A stretch of 64,000 nt of DNA from Octopus sinensis. Taxonomy: Eukaryota. Positions 24,520 through 36,989 of this stretch are shown one piece after another (the first letter of the stretch is position 1; each line of letters begins with the position of its first letter). The stretch is taken from NCBI RefSeq assembly GCF_006345805.1, contig NC_043012.1, positions 44,578,001 to 44,642,000 of the forward strand. The letters are read 5' to 3'. A model generated the notes under the pieces. That model was not told the DNA's origin. It did no database searches and was given only the letters and a program-made list of their open reading frames with translations. The position numbers were made by a program, and so were the translations under genes.

Positions 24520-24870
24520 AGTTCCGGGTTCAGTCCCACTGCGTGGCACCTTGGGCAAGTGTCTTCTACTATAGCCTCGGGCCGACCAAAGCCTTGTGAG
24601 TGGATTTGGTAGATGGAAACTGAAAGAAGCCCGTCGTGTATATGTATATATATGCGTGTGTGTGTTTGTGTGTCTGTGTTTGTCGCCCTAGCATTGCTTG
24701 ACAACCAATGCTGGTGTGTTTATGTCCCCGTCACTTAGCAGTTCGGAGACCGATAGAATAAGTACTGGGCTTATAAAAGAATAAGTCTCGGGGTCGAGTT
24801 GCTCGATTAAAGGTGGTGCTCCAGCATGGCCGCAGTCAAATGACTGAAACAAGTAAAAGAGTAAAGAGTA
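24520..24870. mobile_element. Copy of the dominant SINE-like repeat (opposite orientation)
   Basis: gttccgggttcagtcccactgcgtggcaccttgggcaagtgtcttc...ggccgcagtcaaatgactgaaacaagtaaaag. Confidence 0.85.
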
Positions 24871-25185
24871 TATATATATATTAGTGGTGTGAGTTTATAG
24901 ACAGTTCTATTCATTGAATTACTGGACAGGCCAGCTAGGAGTTTGGCTCTCCCTCTCTGCGTTGTGTCCAAGGCACATAAATCTTAATAACTGAGTTAAT
25001 TATAACTCCAATTAGGCACTCAGGTTTTTACTTCACTATTCTTTGGTTCCAAGTCAGATCCAATGTATCTTTTCTTTTGTCAGACTGGTGAACTAAGAAT
25101 GTGAAGACAGATGCTAATAATTCTGCCAGCTCACCTTACCTAATTGTAATAATGCCATTTCGCATTGGTTATCCTGTTACTTATA

Positions 25186-25406
25186 CAGTAATCCCTCGAC
25201 TATCGCGAGTGTTACATTCCAAAACACCCTGCGATAGGTGGAAATCCGCAAAGTAGAAACAGTACTGTACTGTGTATTTTTTAATTATTTTAATAATTTG
25301 TATATATTTATTTTATCATAAATGCAAAACGACACCATGGAGGAATCAACATAAGCTTAAATAATAAACCGCGATAGGTGAACCGCGATATGGTAAGGGA
25401 TTACTG
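25186..25406. mobile_element. Tigger/pogo-type MITE
   Basis: TA|cagtaatccct ... agggattactg|TA terminal inverted repeats with a TA duplication. Confidence 0.85.
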
Positions 25407-25543
25407 TACAGTGTTTAAAGTTTGTTTTAGGACTGTAGCTGCTTTCATAAGAGAATTGTTAGTAAAGTATATCAGTGAATGATAGACTTCTTCATGGCAT
25501 AAAATTTATTCCACAGTCAAAATTTTTGGAAGATATGTCAAAA

Positions 25544-25793
25544 TAAAGATTGTTTGGCTACATAACATGGCAGTCCTGGTTTAGAACTGTAATTTAGCAA
25601 CAGGAGACATCATCTCCAGCTGGCTATACGAAATGATCTGTGTCCTTTTATTTTCGAACAAGGGAATCTAGCACCCCAACCCATGTAAGGATTGTGTCAT
25701 ATAGCCAGCTGGAGATGATGTCTCCTGGGGCTAAATTACGGTAACATTTGTCCTAAACCAGGACTGCCATGTTATGTTGGCAAACAATCTTTA
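25544..25793. mobile_element. Fold-back MITE with ~90-bp inverted arms
   Basis: taaagattgtttggctacataacatggcagtcctggtttag...ggagacatcatctccagctggctata mirrors tatagccagctggagatgatgtctcc...ctaaaccaggactgccatgttatgttggcaaacaatcttta. Confidence 0.85.
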
Positions 25794-26447
25794 CTCCAAA
25801 GTACTGTTGCTGAACATCTCTTGTTGTGAGATTTACAAATAGTAATTTTTGAATATGTCAAAATAGTTTTTAAATTGGCAGTATTACATTGACTGATTTT
25901 TGGCCTGTAATCAGTTTGTGAGTGAACTTAGGATTGTATCATATCGTGATTGATCTTCATGTTATGTCACATCTTGGTTGATTTTTGTGGTTGTCTTACT
26001 CCTTGACTGAGTTTTTGTGGGTTGTGTAACACCATCAGTGGTCTTTCGCATTGTATCACCTCTTATAAACTTTGAACATGCTTCATTTCCTTAAGTATTG
26101 AGTATATAGTTATATGAGTTAGGTATCTGATGTGTCACACATTTAAGTATTAAATAGACTACTTCTCTCAACCCAGTTGCTGTTACTTTGTGTCTGTTGT
26201 TCATTAGATTTTAGATTTTCATTTCTAGTGATTTTCATTTCTATTGTCCTTTGTGTTTACGGAACACAGATATACATGAGTGTCAGATTTGATCTTGTTA
26301 TGTCTTAAAGCAGGTATATTGTGGGTTATAACAACATATCTATGTTGGTGGTGTTGGGTCCCAAACATTAAGCTACTAGTTACAGAAGCAAGTAGAAACT
26401 ATTATTACCCTTTTGTTTTATCGCTTTCGATCTTATTTCTTTGACAG

Positions 26448-26590
26448 GAATGCGCCATGACTCCAGTTTAGCATTGCCAATCCGTCAGACAGCTTCAATA
26501 TTTAAACAACCAGTGACAGTCATTCGAACACGTCCAGAGAGTCGACCTAAGACAGATCTCAAACATGGACCTCAAGAGCAACCTAAACAG
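26448..26590 (+). CDS. MBD2/3: MBD2/3 coding exon 3 (G/MRHDSSLALPIRQTASIFKQPVTVIRTRPESRPKTDLKHGPQEQPKQ)
   Basis: Conserved LPIRQTASIFKQPVT motif; acceptor tttgacag|, donor CAG|GTGAAT, phase 0. Confidence 0.96.
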
Positions 26591-26969
26591 GTGAATTTTT
26601 CAATTTACAGCTAATGTGTAAACCTTTCTGTTCAGTTTTGGCATCAGAATGTAACTTTTTCCCTCTACCTGGGTGTTGATGATGAGGTAGGTTGTGGTTA
26701 TTGCTGTTTAGCCCCAGGTCACTCTTTATCTTCTCTTCTCTGATAAAGGGGCACAAAACAGAAACAACGGACCCTTTCTTTGCCTCAATGCCACTATATT
26801 TATTTTAAACATCATACAGCTCTTATTGAGCAGACCTATGATGAAACGTGTTCCAGCTGTGACCATACAATCTATTTCAGGCAATTTATTTAGAACTACA
26901 TTACCCATTATTCACATTATTTACATTTGATGGATATTTGTCATCTTGTTTGTTGTTAATACAACATTT

Positions 26970-27136
26970 CAGCTGATATACCCTCCAGGTGTCTTGGGGG
27001 AAATTTCGAACCTGGGTTCTCATTCCTAAGGTATTTTTCAATGTTGTTATTATTATTATTCAGGTCACTGCCTGGAATCGAACTTGGAATCTTGGGGTTA
27101 GTAGCCCGTGCTCTTAACCACTATGCCATATGCCCA
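26970..27136 (-). mobile_element. tRNA-derived SINE
   Basis: Minus strand ggcatagtggttaagagc (A box) ... gttcgattcc (B box), followed by non-tRNA body and (AAT)n. Confidence 0.7.
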
Positions 27137-27613
27137 TCTCCAGCACCTTCACATAGCCGCCTGAATGTAATCAGTGTACATAATTCCTCATCTCTTAAAT
27201 ATACAACTGTATTACATTACCCATGTCCTTTTATGTAAGAGGGTAATGTAGGACTTGAAAGTGACCTAGTTGTTATTTCTTGCAAGTCAATGATCACAGT
27301 TTTGTATTCCAATTTTTCTTGTTTTACCTTTTGTCGTAACAATTTGGGTGAGATTGTTTCTAATCTGGGTGTTGGATCATGTTTAACCTGTCTGTTGATC
27401 ACTCACTCTCACTTAATATAAGGGAGGTACACTGATGCTTGTAAAGTTAGAATTTACAACTACACTCTCATTTTTCTTGTTTTTCTTTGGGAATATTTGG
27501 GTTCTTGTCAAGTTGCTAATGAGTAACAACTGTTAATGAATTAAATTATGGTTGTAAATAGCCAATGATATCCAGACTAACTGAAATAGCTGTTGTTGTT
27601 TATTGAATTGCAT

Positions 27614-28500
27614 GCAGGGTGTTTAGGCTGAATTTGAATTTGTACAAAAGGAAAAGAAAACACAATATCTAATCCAAAGATAAAAGCATTTTTAAAAAAG
27701 CAAAAGCTACCAATTTGATTATAGCTGGAAGATAACTGTTTACTCAAAATAGCTGTCTTCAGCTTCCACCATGGCCTCAAGCAGGTTATGGGACCTGGTG
27801 CATGCATACCCCACTGTGCCCCCAGGAAGATCTTGAAGCATGTCTTTGATCTTGGCCATCAGTTTGGCCTTGGTATTGCAGGCAGAACAATTGCTGTCTT
27901 TCTCAGTTGTACTCCATACATAGTAATCCATGGGATTACAATCAAGAGAACTAGGAGAACAGAATTTGGGGCTGGTGAAGTCATAGAAATTCTCTGACAA
28001 CCACTTTCTTGAGATACAGCAAGTAGCCAAATCCTGCAGCCACACACATGGCCTTCCAGCAGCAACCCTTTCCAACCAGGGTTTGACCACAGTCTCCTGC
28101 AACTTCACATAGCCACCTGAATTGAGTAATGTTGAAAGATGTGGGGTGGCATGATGTCACCTTCACTTGAGACACACCCAAAGACCATCATAATTTGGGG
28201 GAACTTGGTTTTCATGATGTCTACATCACATCTCACAGCCATTATGGTGTTCGTAGAGCATTGAGCAGCAATCATGATGTTGGCATTTTGTTATTCGCTG
28301 CAAGTCATCATTGTACAAGTAAGTCTTTTCGAATGTTCAGATGGTTTCCATTCCTTCAGAACAGCTAACTTTTTCTCAACTACAACTTTAATTCTTTTGT
28401 TACTCTATTCCTGTTAACATATGCTACTTTTGTTTTAATAAATTTTTAAAATAATGAAGAATTCAGTAAAATAACTTTCTAATTCTTAAGCTGGGGTCTG
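27614..28500 (-). mobile_element. Tc1/mariner (maT/DD37D-like) transposase remnant
   Basis: VVKPWLERVAAGRPCVWLQD..WLSENFYDFTSPKFCSPSSLDCNPMDYYVWS matches the mariner PxSPDLNPxDYxxW motif; outer ends approximate. Confidence 0.8.
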
Positions 28501-29041
28501 GAACAAATTAGCATGGAAGATTATAATCTAGACCACTTTAAAACAGTAAGTTTATGTCATAGAACCTTGGGCTGCTATCAAAAGGGTTAGTCTTTATGCT
28601 CTTCAATGCCATTGCCTGTTCACCAATACATCAAGCTGTTCCTGAAAAAAGGAGGCATAAAAATAATCAAATTTAGCCCAAACACCCTGTAGGTGAAGCC
28701 TAATGTTATCATCATTCTTATCCCTATAATTTTTTTGTTTTGTTAGCCCTGATTAGTTAGGTTTACCATCGAATATCCTGAGATCAATGAAGTATACCTC
28801 TGAGTCTTAATCTTGTGACACTCCTCCCAGTGTGTATAATATCATGTTTGTGCTAAATTTAGTGTTGTAAATGCACACGTCTTGTTGCTTTTGCAGAATG
28901 GGTTGGGCTGTGAACCATTAAACTTGAACAGTCTCAAAATGACAGAGAAGATAAAATTTGATGTGACATATTTCATTTGTAAATCTAAATTTCTTTCATC
29001 AGAAGTTACCTCAACTGATATGTAAAACGTTTTCTTTACAG

Positions 29042-29132
29042 CTGTTTTGGGAAAAACGATTGCGTGGTGTCCAGCCTCGTGATGTTAATGATGATCCATT
29101 TGTTGCTTTGGAACTTCCTCTTAACATGCAAG
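29042..29132 (+). CDS. MBD2/3: MBD2/3 coding exon 4 (LFWEKRLRGVQPRDVNDDPFVALELPLNMQ)
   Basis: Conserved QLFWEKRL motif; acceptor tttctttacag|, donor G|GTAAAT, phase 1. Confidence 0.96.
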
Positions 29133-30089
29133 GTAAATGTTTCTGTCAGATTGTTTCTTTAATCATTCTTATACCTTGCCCATGTCTTGTTACTTTAACC
29201 TTGTAAATCTCTTATTTTGAACTTCTGAAATTTTAGTGTCAAAAATTTTAGAATTCAAAATGGTAAACAAAAATTTGTAGACATTGATTTACCTCTGTTT
29301 CCTAATGTCCTCCAATAGCAACCATCGTTGCTGATGTTATTGACTTTCTTGTAAATCCATTACTCTGTCAAAAGTAATATTATTTATCTACATTGTTTGC
29401 AATTAATCACGCATTGTATTATTGTTTTAAGATTTCAATAATATGTTTATTTTTAGAATGACATTGTAGGATTGCTGTGAGAGGCCAAATCTGGCTGATT
29501 TGAACATAATGCAGGTAGAATATTTGGGTTAGATTTAGCCAGTTTAAACACTAAAGGGTTAAATAGTCATTTATACATAGCCGTGTATCTTTTGTTGAGA
29601 TAGCATGTTTTAGAAAGAGATAAACACAGCTCTATCTTTTGTATATCTTTTGCATTTCACTTCATAAAATGCACCAAATGTTACCCATCATTAATTGAGA
29701 TATAAAGTAACTTATTTATTCTCAAAATGATATTTTCAATAATTGAATGTTTTCAGAATTAACTAAGATATCAAATGTAAATGTTATTGGACATTACAGG
29801 CACCAAATTGAGACAGCAAAGAGACTCACTGATTGGATATTGATATCACTCAATATTTCCACTTTTGTTAGTTTTGTCTTTTCAAACATTTAAAAACAAC
29901 CAGCTTATAAAAATGTTTTTCTTTTGATGTGTGTGTGCATGAGGAGTGTAAATACAAAGATATTTTCATTCTTTATGTTCACGTGGTACACATGTTCATG
30001 TATAACAGTGTGTTTATGTGTATGTGTGTGTGTGTATGCATATACACATATATATATATTTTTATAAAATTTTGTCTATTGTTGTCGAT

Positions 30090-30330
30090 GATGACCAGGA
30101 CATAACATGGGAGAAGTGTCTGGCTTTGGCCAATCAGTCCAATGCGTGCTTAGAAGGTTCTGCAGCAGGTCAGGCACTGGTGGTCTGCAGGGAATGAAAG
30201 CAAGGAGTTGGCTTTGGACGTGTGTACCTCATGTTTTCTTTTTGCCCCTGTGGTCATGTTCTGTTTGTAGGAAGTTTCACCTCTGTTAGTACTGCCGCAC
30301 CAGCCTGGGTGGTCCTGTGCTTGCATTTTT
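30090..30330 (-). mobile_element. RTE/BovB-like LINE extreme 3' remnant
   Basis: Minus-strand DHQCLTCCRTF*ARIGLIG resembles the terminal CxxCxRxFxxRIGLxxH finger of RTE ORFs. Confidence 0.5.
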
Positions 30331-30653
30331 CAGATGTTGGGGTGGATCTAAAAGCACTTAAGTATGTAATAATAATAATAATAATAATTCTTTTTATTGG
30401 CCACAAGGGCTGACACACATGATTAGAAAACATGAAGGGACAAAACAGGATGAAAGGTTACAAAGGGTTTTGTCCGTTTGTAAAAATCCGTGTAAAAAAC
30501 AGTGTAACAAAGAAAATATTTAACAATGAAAAACTCCCAATAGGGGGAGGCGTTACGAAAGGTTCCTGGTGGAAAAAACCCATAAAAGCCAACGGGAGCC
30601 TGGTCAAAAGGGGGGTAGAGAGCCCCTTTCTCCTTTTATAAAACCTTTTTCAA

Positions 30654-33600
30654 TCACAGGCGAAACCTGAGAATTGGTCCATTTACACTGGCCATTCTTG
30701 CACAATTCACCCACCTTTCAGAAAACTTGCTATCAGACAGCACTCTCCTCTCTAACCTCATCTTCCTTTTCAACTGAAACTTGAAAAAGTTGATGAGGCC
30801 TTGACCAAAGAGGAAAGTGTCTAACTTTAGCCCTTTTAAACGGGTCCACCATACAACCTCTTTCGCCACAGCCACTAGGCACAGGAAAATGGCCTTGCCC
30901 TCCTTGTTAAAGGAGGTCGGCGGGGCAATCTTCACTATGGATTCAGCTGATAGCCGGATCCGTCCTATATGTGACAGTAGCTGTTCGACATAAACCCATA
31001 GTTCAGCAATACTCGGACACTGGACGAGTGCGTGCAGAACGATTTTGTCGTCCTGGCAACACCTCAGGCAGGCCCGGCTGAGTTTATCCCAAACAGGCAG
31101 AGCCCCTCGGTAGCACTGCCAGGCGAGCGACCTCTGGAAATTATCCATTGGCCCCGGCCCGAAAGTCCTTCCGAACAGACCGCTCAGTTTGTTATCATCA
31201 ACGCCTAGAGTTTCCCCGAAAACGTTGTCACATTTTTCCTCCACTAACCCTCTATAGAACGCTAGAGTGGAACTAAACCGATCGCATTGCCCGCCTGGCG
31301 GAGGGCAGAGAGAGCTTGACAGCACTCGAAGTTTGATCCAGGTCTGCAGCTCTGTCAAAGAGACGAGCTGCGGAAAGTCGCATCTGACAAAAGACGACCA
31401 CGCCTGTTCATCGTCTAGGAAACGCTTGAGATGTCGCAGCCTGAGCGCATGTCTGCGTATCAGTAACCACGGCATGCCAAGGCCTCCGTTCAGCAGTCGT
31501 TGACAGCAGATGGATCACCTGACCAGTGGCACCTGACCCTTCCACAAAAAGTTGAAGAGCAGGCGTACCAGCTTGGCCAACCAGCGGTTGGGACAAGGGA
31601 CGATGTTCAAGCGGTAATAGATGACGGATGTGATGTACGCATTCGCTACCTCTGCTCGACCTTTCAGGGACAGCTTCCTCTCGGCCCATTTCTGGGTGAG
31701 ACGTGCCACCCTGCTCATCACTTCTTCCCAGTTTTTATTCACCTGGAGGTCCGGACCGAACCAGACCCTGAGCAGTTTAACGGGTCCGTCTGTCCAGCGC
31801 CCTACGACGCTGTTGGATGGCATGGGCTTGCTTCTCCAGGTGCCCAGTTGCAAGCCCACAGACTTTTCTGCGTTAATCTTTGCCCCTGTCACCGCTTCGT
31901 ACTCGTTTAGTGTCTCGCCAATCAGGCCAATGTGCCTGTGGCTCGACACCATCACAGTGACGTCGTCGGCATAGGCAGACATGCTGTTTCCACCTCCTAG
32001 ATCACGCGGGATACCCCTCAAAGCCTCCAACTTGCGCAGTAATGGCTCGAGAGTCAATATGTACAAGATGGAGGAGAGAGGGGAATCCTTGGTGGACCGA
32101 ATGCGAGATGTCAAACGGTTCCGAAAGGTGACTGTTCACCCGTATCACTGAGCAGATAAAGCCGTATAAAGCAGTGATCCACCCACAGAAGACTGGACTG
32201 AAGCCAGCTGCCTTGAGAACAGCTGCTAGGTACCGATGGTCGACCCTATCGAAGGCTTTACTCTGATCTAAATTGATCAAAGCCCCACCCGTGCCAGCGT
32301 CGTTACCCACCCTCTCTATGATGTAGCGCATGAGATGGAGGTTGTCGTGTATCGACCTGGTCGGCATGGCGCATGTCTGCGTCTTGCCAACCAGCTTGTC
32401 CACGACAAGCACCAATCTCTTGGCTAGCACCTTGGCCAAAATCTTCAACTCTGCATTGAGCAGAGTGATGGGCTGAAAATTCCCTATAATGTCCCCCTTG
32501 TTTGGGTCCTTTTTTAGCAAAGCCACCACCCCTCGACAGACAAAAGCAGGAATTCTCCCGTTTTGCTGCCAGTTGCAGTAGACGTTTGCCAACAGGCCCG
32601 CAAACAAATCTGGCATTGAAGTGTAAAGCTCGTAGGGCAAACCATCCAAACCTGGCGATCTATCTCTCGTGCAACTCTTCATCGCTTCCTCCACTTACCA
32701 GGCAGATATCGGTCCTTCACAGCACTCTGCCTCGCTGTCCGAGAGTTGCGGCAGGCAAGTCTGTACCATTGTCCGTTCCACTGCTTGTCCCAAACAGTTG
32801 AGCAAAGTGCCGCTGAAACACCGCACACATGCTTCGGTTCAGTAACCTCGCGTTCTGGTCCACCAAAGACCGAATGTTTGCTTTGTTGCCTCGCTTCGCC
32901 TCCGCCACGCGGGCCCATCGAGTGGCTCTAGTCCCCTCCCCGCTTAGCGAACGTGCCTTAGCTCTGACAACGCAGCCTTCGTGTTTTGTGTCAAAGTGTT
33001 GGTCGAGGGCCAACACGTCGGTCGCGATGCCAGTCTCAAGAGCCTCGTCTAGTTTCTTAACTAAATCCTGCTCTCTCTTCCTACGTTCAATAGCTAGAGT
33101 CTTACTAAACCTAATCGACTCTACTCTAATTGCTCTCTTGAGGGCAAACCACCAGTTGTTGTTGATGATTGCGCCCGCTTAACTAGTAAACTAATCCGGT
33201 CTCTGTAAGCTTTGCACGCCGTTATAGACGCGTTCAGCTTCCAGTAGCCGGGTCCCTGTCTATGTAGCCTATCTAAGTCGACCGTACAGATCACGAATTT
33301 GTGGTCCGTGTAGTCGACTAGGTGGAATTGTGGACACCCTATGCTGTCCTTATCTGCTGGCCTACAAAACACTCTAAGTACGATCTAGACGACCCGATGC
33401 GATTGGTCCAAGTCCACATTGGCACATTCGGGTTGTCTAGTCGAAACCTGTCGGACAGCTGGAAGCGTCCGAGTAGGTTGGCGAGGCTCTTGCACCCTCC
33501 TCTCCTATCAGATGCTCCCCTGCTCACCCGATCGAAACGTTCGTCTAAGACAGCGTTCCAATCTCCAACTAGCACTAGAGTGCGTGACGTTCCCAGGAAA

Positions 33601-33986
33601 ACTTCCAGACGTTTGAAATAATCCGACTGCCTTGCTCCTGTCGGGGCGTAGGCAGCCAGCAGTCTGAAAGCACCGCAGTCACTACTGTCTACGTCGAGGA
33701 CCACTAACTTACCTTCCAGATCCAGGAAGACTGTCCTTATTTTCAAGTCCAGGCCCTTCCGAAACAACACTGCAGTACCACCACCGCCCGCTCCCGGCCG
33801 ACATGGAGATAGAAAGATCTCGTATCCACCGAAAAGGGCTGCGAGTTCCTGCGGGTCGCAGAGCCTGGTTTCACTAATGGCTGCTACATCCACATCATGA
33901 AACCTCAGGTCGTTTAACAGGTGACCCTGATTCCAAGGTGACCCGAGGCCTCTCACATTCAAGCAACCGATTCTAAGTTTTGCCAT
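30654..33986 (-). pseudogene. Tx1-type ORF2 (AP endonuclease, RT, zf-RVT), broken by several frameshifts and stops
   Basis: IGCLNVRGL, ISET, AAYAP, LVGDWN, WTWTN, TDH, GPGYWKLNAS, SPGLDGLP, ITLLNAELKILAKVLAKRL, NLDQSKAFDRVDH, AYADDV, LSLKGR, CLRC..HALVQC in the ORF pieces 33339-33986, 32002-32694, 31515-32114 and 30654-31475. Confidence 0.93.
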
Positions 33987-34025
33987 GTTTCAAAGGTGAC
34001 AAAAAAATAAAAGGAGAAAAAGGCT

Positions 34026-36160
34026 CTACTTACTGTTGTTGGTGGTGGGGGTGGCTCCCTTGTGCTTTTGCACGGGTGTTTCTACAATATTTTTATAAAG
34101 TTTCTTTGAGAAACTTCTCCCTAGCGATGCTACATCGTTAGGGAATATCTGTTTTATGTCACTGTATGTTTTTGGGTTAATTTTGATTGTGAGAATGTGT
34201 GCTGGTGGTGTGTTGTGTGTAGGTATAATGAAATCTGTAATGTTTGTACTTGTGTTGTCTTTTAGATATGAAACAAGTTTTTCATTTTTTGTGTTAATGG
34301 CTGTAATTGTGTCTGTGTTTGTTGGTGTGTGGCAGTGGCAGTAGTGGTGTCGAAATTGTGGTTGTTTGTTGTTGTGAGTGTGTGTTGTTGTTGGGAAGCA
34401 CTGTTTGTTTGTGCTTCCCCTGTGTCTCTTTTTGCTTTTTCCTCCTCTTCTTCTTTGGAGGCACTGTGTGCCATTCACCTTTCTCGGTATCAGTGCTTGC
34501 ACAATCCGAGCTGTCCTGATCCGGAAAGGGGATGGTTGTCGGGTCCGCTTCAGCTGCAGGGCGAAATATTGTTGGTTCTGCTGGTAGCGGTGGTGTTGCT
34601 GTATCTGTTGGTGATGGTGACGGTGTCGGTGATTCTTCTTCTTTTTTTTGTTGTTGTTTTTCTTGGTGCTGGGGTTGGTGTTGGTTTGGTGGTTGTTGTT
34701 GGAGGTGGTGTCGTGATGGTGTTGGTGGTGTGGCAGCCTTTGGTGTTTCTTGCTGTTGTTGTTTTTGTTGCCTCCTACACTCGCCTCCTTATGAGAGCTC
34801 AAAATCTCTCGTGGAGGCGCCATCCAACTAAAATGCAAATATATGGGAAATTACCACCTGTGTCATCTCTTGTGAAAGGTAGGAGAGTCCAGTTTGCTGG
34901 ACATTGTTGTAGAGCTGAAAAAGAAGTAATTTCTACTCTTCTCCTCTGGAAGCCATCTACTCGCAACACACTCTCCTACCCTGATGTAATCTCCAGGGAT
35001 ACAGGCATCCAGCAACAGGACCTCCGTAATGCTATGATGGACCATGAAGTCTGGCGCAACATAGTAAATTCCATTGTCTCGACCACGGTCGAACAATGAT
35101 GATGATGATGTTGTTGCTGCTGCTGCCGCCGCCACCGCCTCTTGCCGTCTGCCTCCATTCTTTTTTTTTGAATGGGGCAGTCCCTCTTTAGGTGGCTTTC
35201 GCTGCTGCAGAGGTAACATTTTGGCTTTTGCCCCTCCACAGTAACGTGCAGCCTGGTTCCGTCTGGCAAATTTACCGAGTCAGGTATGGCATTGATGTTT
35301 TCCTGCTGGATTTGTACCAGCAGTTGAACTCCCATACCTGACCAGTTTTTCTCCCTCACTGTTCGTACATCTAGAATAGTGGCAGTGTTCGCTATGTCAT
35401 AGAGGACAGCCGCCACCAGCCATGATATATTGAGTTCGGGGGGGTACTGTGTCGATTTTTATTTTTTGGACCTTACGCCCGAGATATGATGGGACAAGCA
35501 ACAAATTTTCATTTTGTAAGGGCGAAATGGCATGCGCCCTTGCATCCTCCTCTGTTGGGAAGCGAACCTCCACGGTTCCGAACCGCTTCCCACTGGTGAC
35601 ATAGTTCTTTTTGCCCCATATGGGCTTCAGAGCTATTTCCAATTGTTGGGGTGTTGCGTTTATTACTCTTGTTTTTCTTGTCGAAAACCTTGTAATGTAT
35701 TGTTTTCTTGTTTGTGTCATTTATGAGTTGTTGAGGTGTATTGAGGAAAACAGTTTCCTTCTTTTCTCAACAACTCCTTTGCGTTTTTTATTTGGTCTGT
35801 TGTAACTTTTACTTCCTCCGAGTTTTCTTTTGTGGCGGAGGCAAAATTGCTATGGTGGCTTGTTGTGTTGTTGCTGGTGGTGGTGTCAGTGTGGCTGCTG
35901 GTCATTTTTTTTGCTTCTTTTTCCGGTACTGTTGCACTGGTGGAAGGAAGAGAAGGAAAATCTTCGATGGCGTCAAAAGTGACGCCTTCGTTTTCATTTT
36001 CATTTGGAACGTTAGGCTTGCCAGCACGTTCCTTCGAACACTTTTGTTTGCTTTTTAAGGCACGAAATGGGTGGTTTGGAGAAATGTTCAAATCAATTTT
36101 TTCTTGTGGAGGGGATGGTGTTCCAAGAGGGGAACAGCCAACTGTTCTTTTTAACAACAT
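34026..36160 (-). pseudogene. Tx1-type ORF1 (Gag-like, CX2CX4HX4C knuckle, long Q/H/N-rich tail), frameshifted and interrupted by an RTE fragment
   Basis: VTVEGQKPKCYLCSSESHLKRDCP; upstream RRM-like GKRFGTVEVRF; pieces 35717-36160, 35397-35720, 34976-35416 and 34026-34838. Confidence 0.8.
34774..35110 (+). mobile_element. 5'-truncated RTE LINE nested in Tx1 ORF1, (GAT)n tail
   Basis: YTRLLMRAQNLSWRRHPTKMQIYGKLPP..IVSTTVEQ-stop, nearly identical to the copy at 43360-44207. Confidence 0.92.
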
Positions 36161-36989
36161 TTTTTCAATATGTATGTGAATGTAATTTTAAAAAGTCAAT
36201 ATTTCAAACGAAAATTTTACCCCTAATGGGGTAAAATTTTGCCTAGCCAACTAGCTCCGAAAGAAGTTAGTCGGCTTGGCCACACAAATATCCAAAAATA
36301 TTTACACTTTTAAACAAATTTCCAACAGAAATGATGCAAAACTTACGCAGCTTCTGGAGACACATCCGTCCGCTCGAGAGGAAATAATAATAATAATAGT
36401 AATAAATAAATAAGAGGAATAAATGCATATTTAAGTATATTAAATATCAGATAAGATAAATCCTTGGTTTATTGAAATTATCTTCCTTTCAAGAGGTAAG
36501 TAAGCAACTACCTTGTGGTATTTGTCACCAATTCTGATTGAAAAGGGGAGATAATTCCAAGAATCAGGAATTCTCTGAAAGTGATATGTCATTAACGAAA
36601 AACAGTTTGATTACCTGGAAACAAGAGGACAGCAGTGGACACATGTTTCTGTCTCAGTAGGTGTTATCAGCACACCAGTAGTTCTACTCTGACTCCAGCA
36701 CATGTGAAACTTGCACATATACAAAAAAGAGTAGAAAGCTTTGTGAGGAATAATTTGCAAAATTTAAGCATATATTTGCTATGAGAAATATTTCAGAGTA
36801 GCCAGTGGCATGGCTGTGAACAGCAAATGATGAATAAAGGTATATCAGATACCTTATATGATCCATTTTCTTTTTTATTTATTTGAAATTATTTTCTCTT
36901 TAAGAGAAATGTAAATGGAATGCCTTGTGGCAATTACGATGGCATGCTGTTTTGGAAAATTCTTGATTATTGGGATTATTTCTCCTTTT

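Larger units (their letters stand above)
30388..36382 (-). mobile_element. Full-length Tx1/L1-clade non-LTR retrotransposon, frameshifted, flanked by (TAA)n on both sides
   Basis: 5' UTR, ORF1 with a CCHC knuckle, ORF2 with APE, RT and C-terminal Zn-binding region, AATAAA then (TTA)n at the 3' end; (TAA)n at 30367-30387 and about 36383-36398. Confidence 0.92.

Noticed and set aside
26970-27136. tRNA-like sequence with A and B boxes (similar heads at 61670, 63035 and 63490)
   Set aside because: No complete cloverleaf or acceptor stem; each continues into a SINE body, so these are SINE heads and not tRNA genes.
30334-30361. 28-nt cryptic exon (tttttcag|ATGTTGGGGTGGATCTAAAAGCACTTAA|gtatgt) resembling the start of exon 5
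   Set aside because: It is frame-shifting, lies at the edge of an RTE remnant and shares only about 8 nt with exon 5; no support without RNA data.
34329-35099. 256-codon + strand ORF and other long ORFs antisense to TE genes (e.g. 6421-6909)
   Set aside because: These are shadows of low-complexity triplet tracts or TE coding sequence; only the last ~110 codons of 34329-35099 are real RTE sequence.
36480-36505. Strong + strand donor GAG|GTAAGT preceded by a pyrimidine tract (possible recursive site in intron 4)
   Set aside because: The acceptor trinucleotide would be GAG, which is rarely used, and no plausible exon precedes it.
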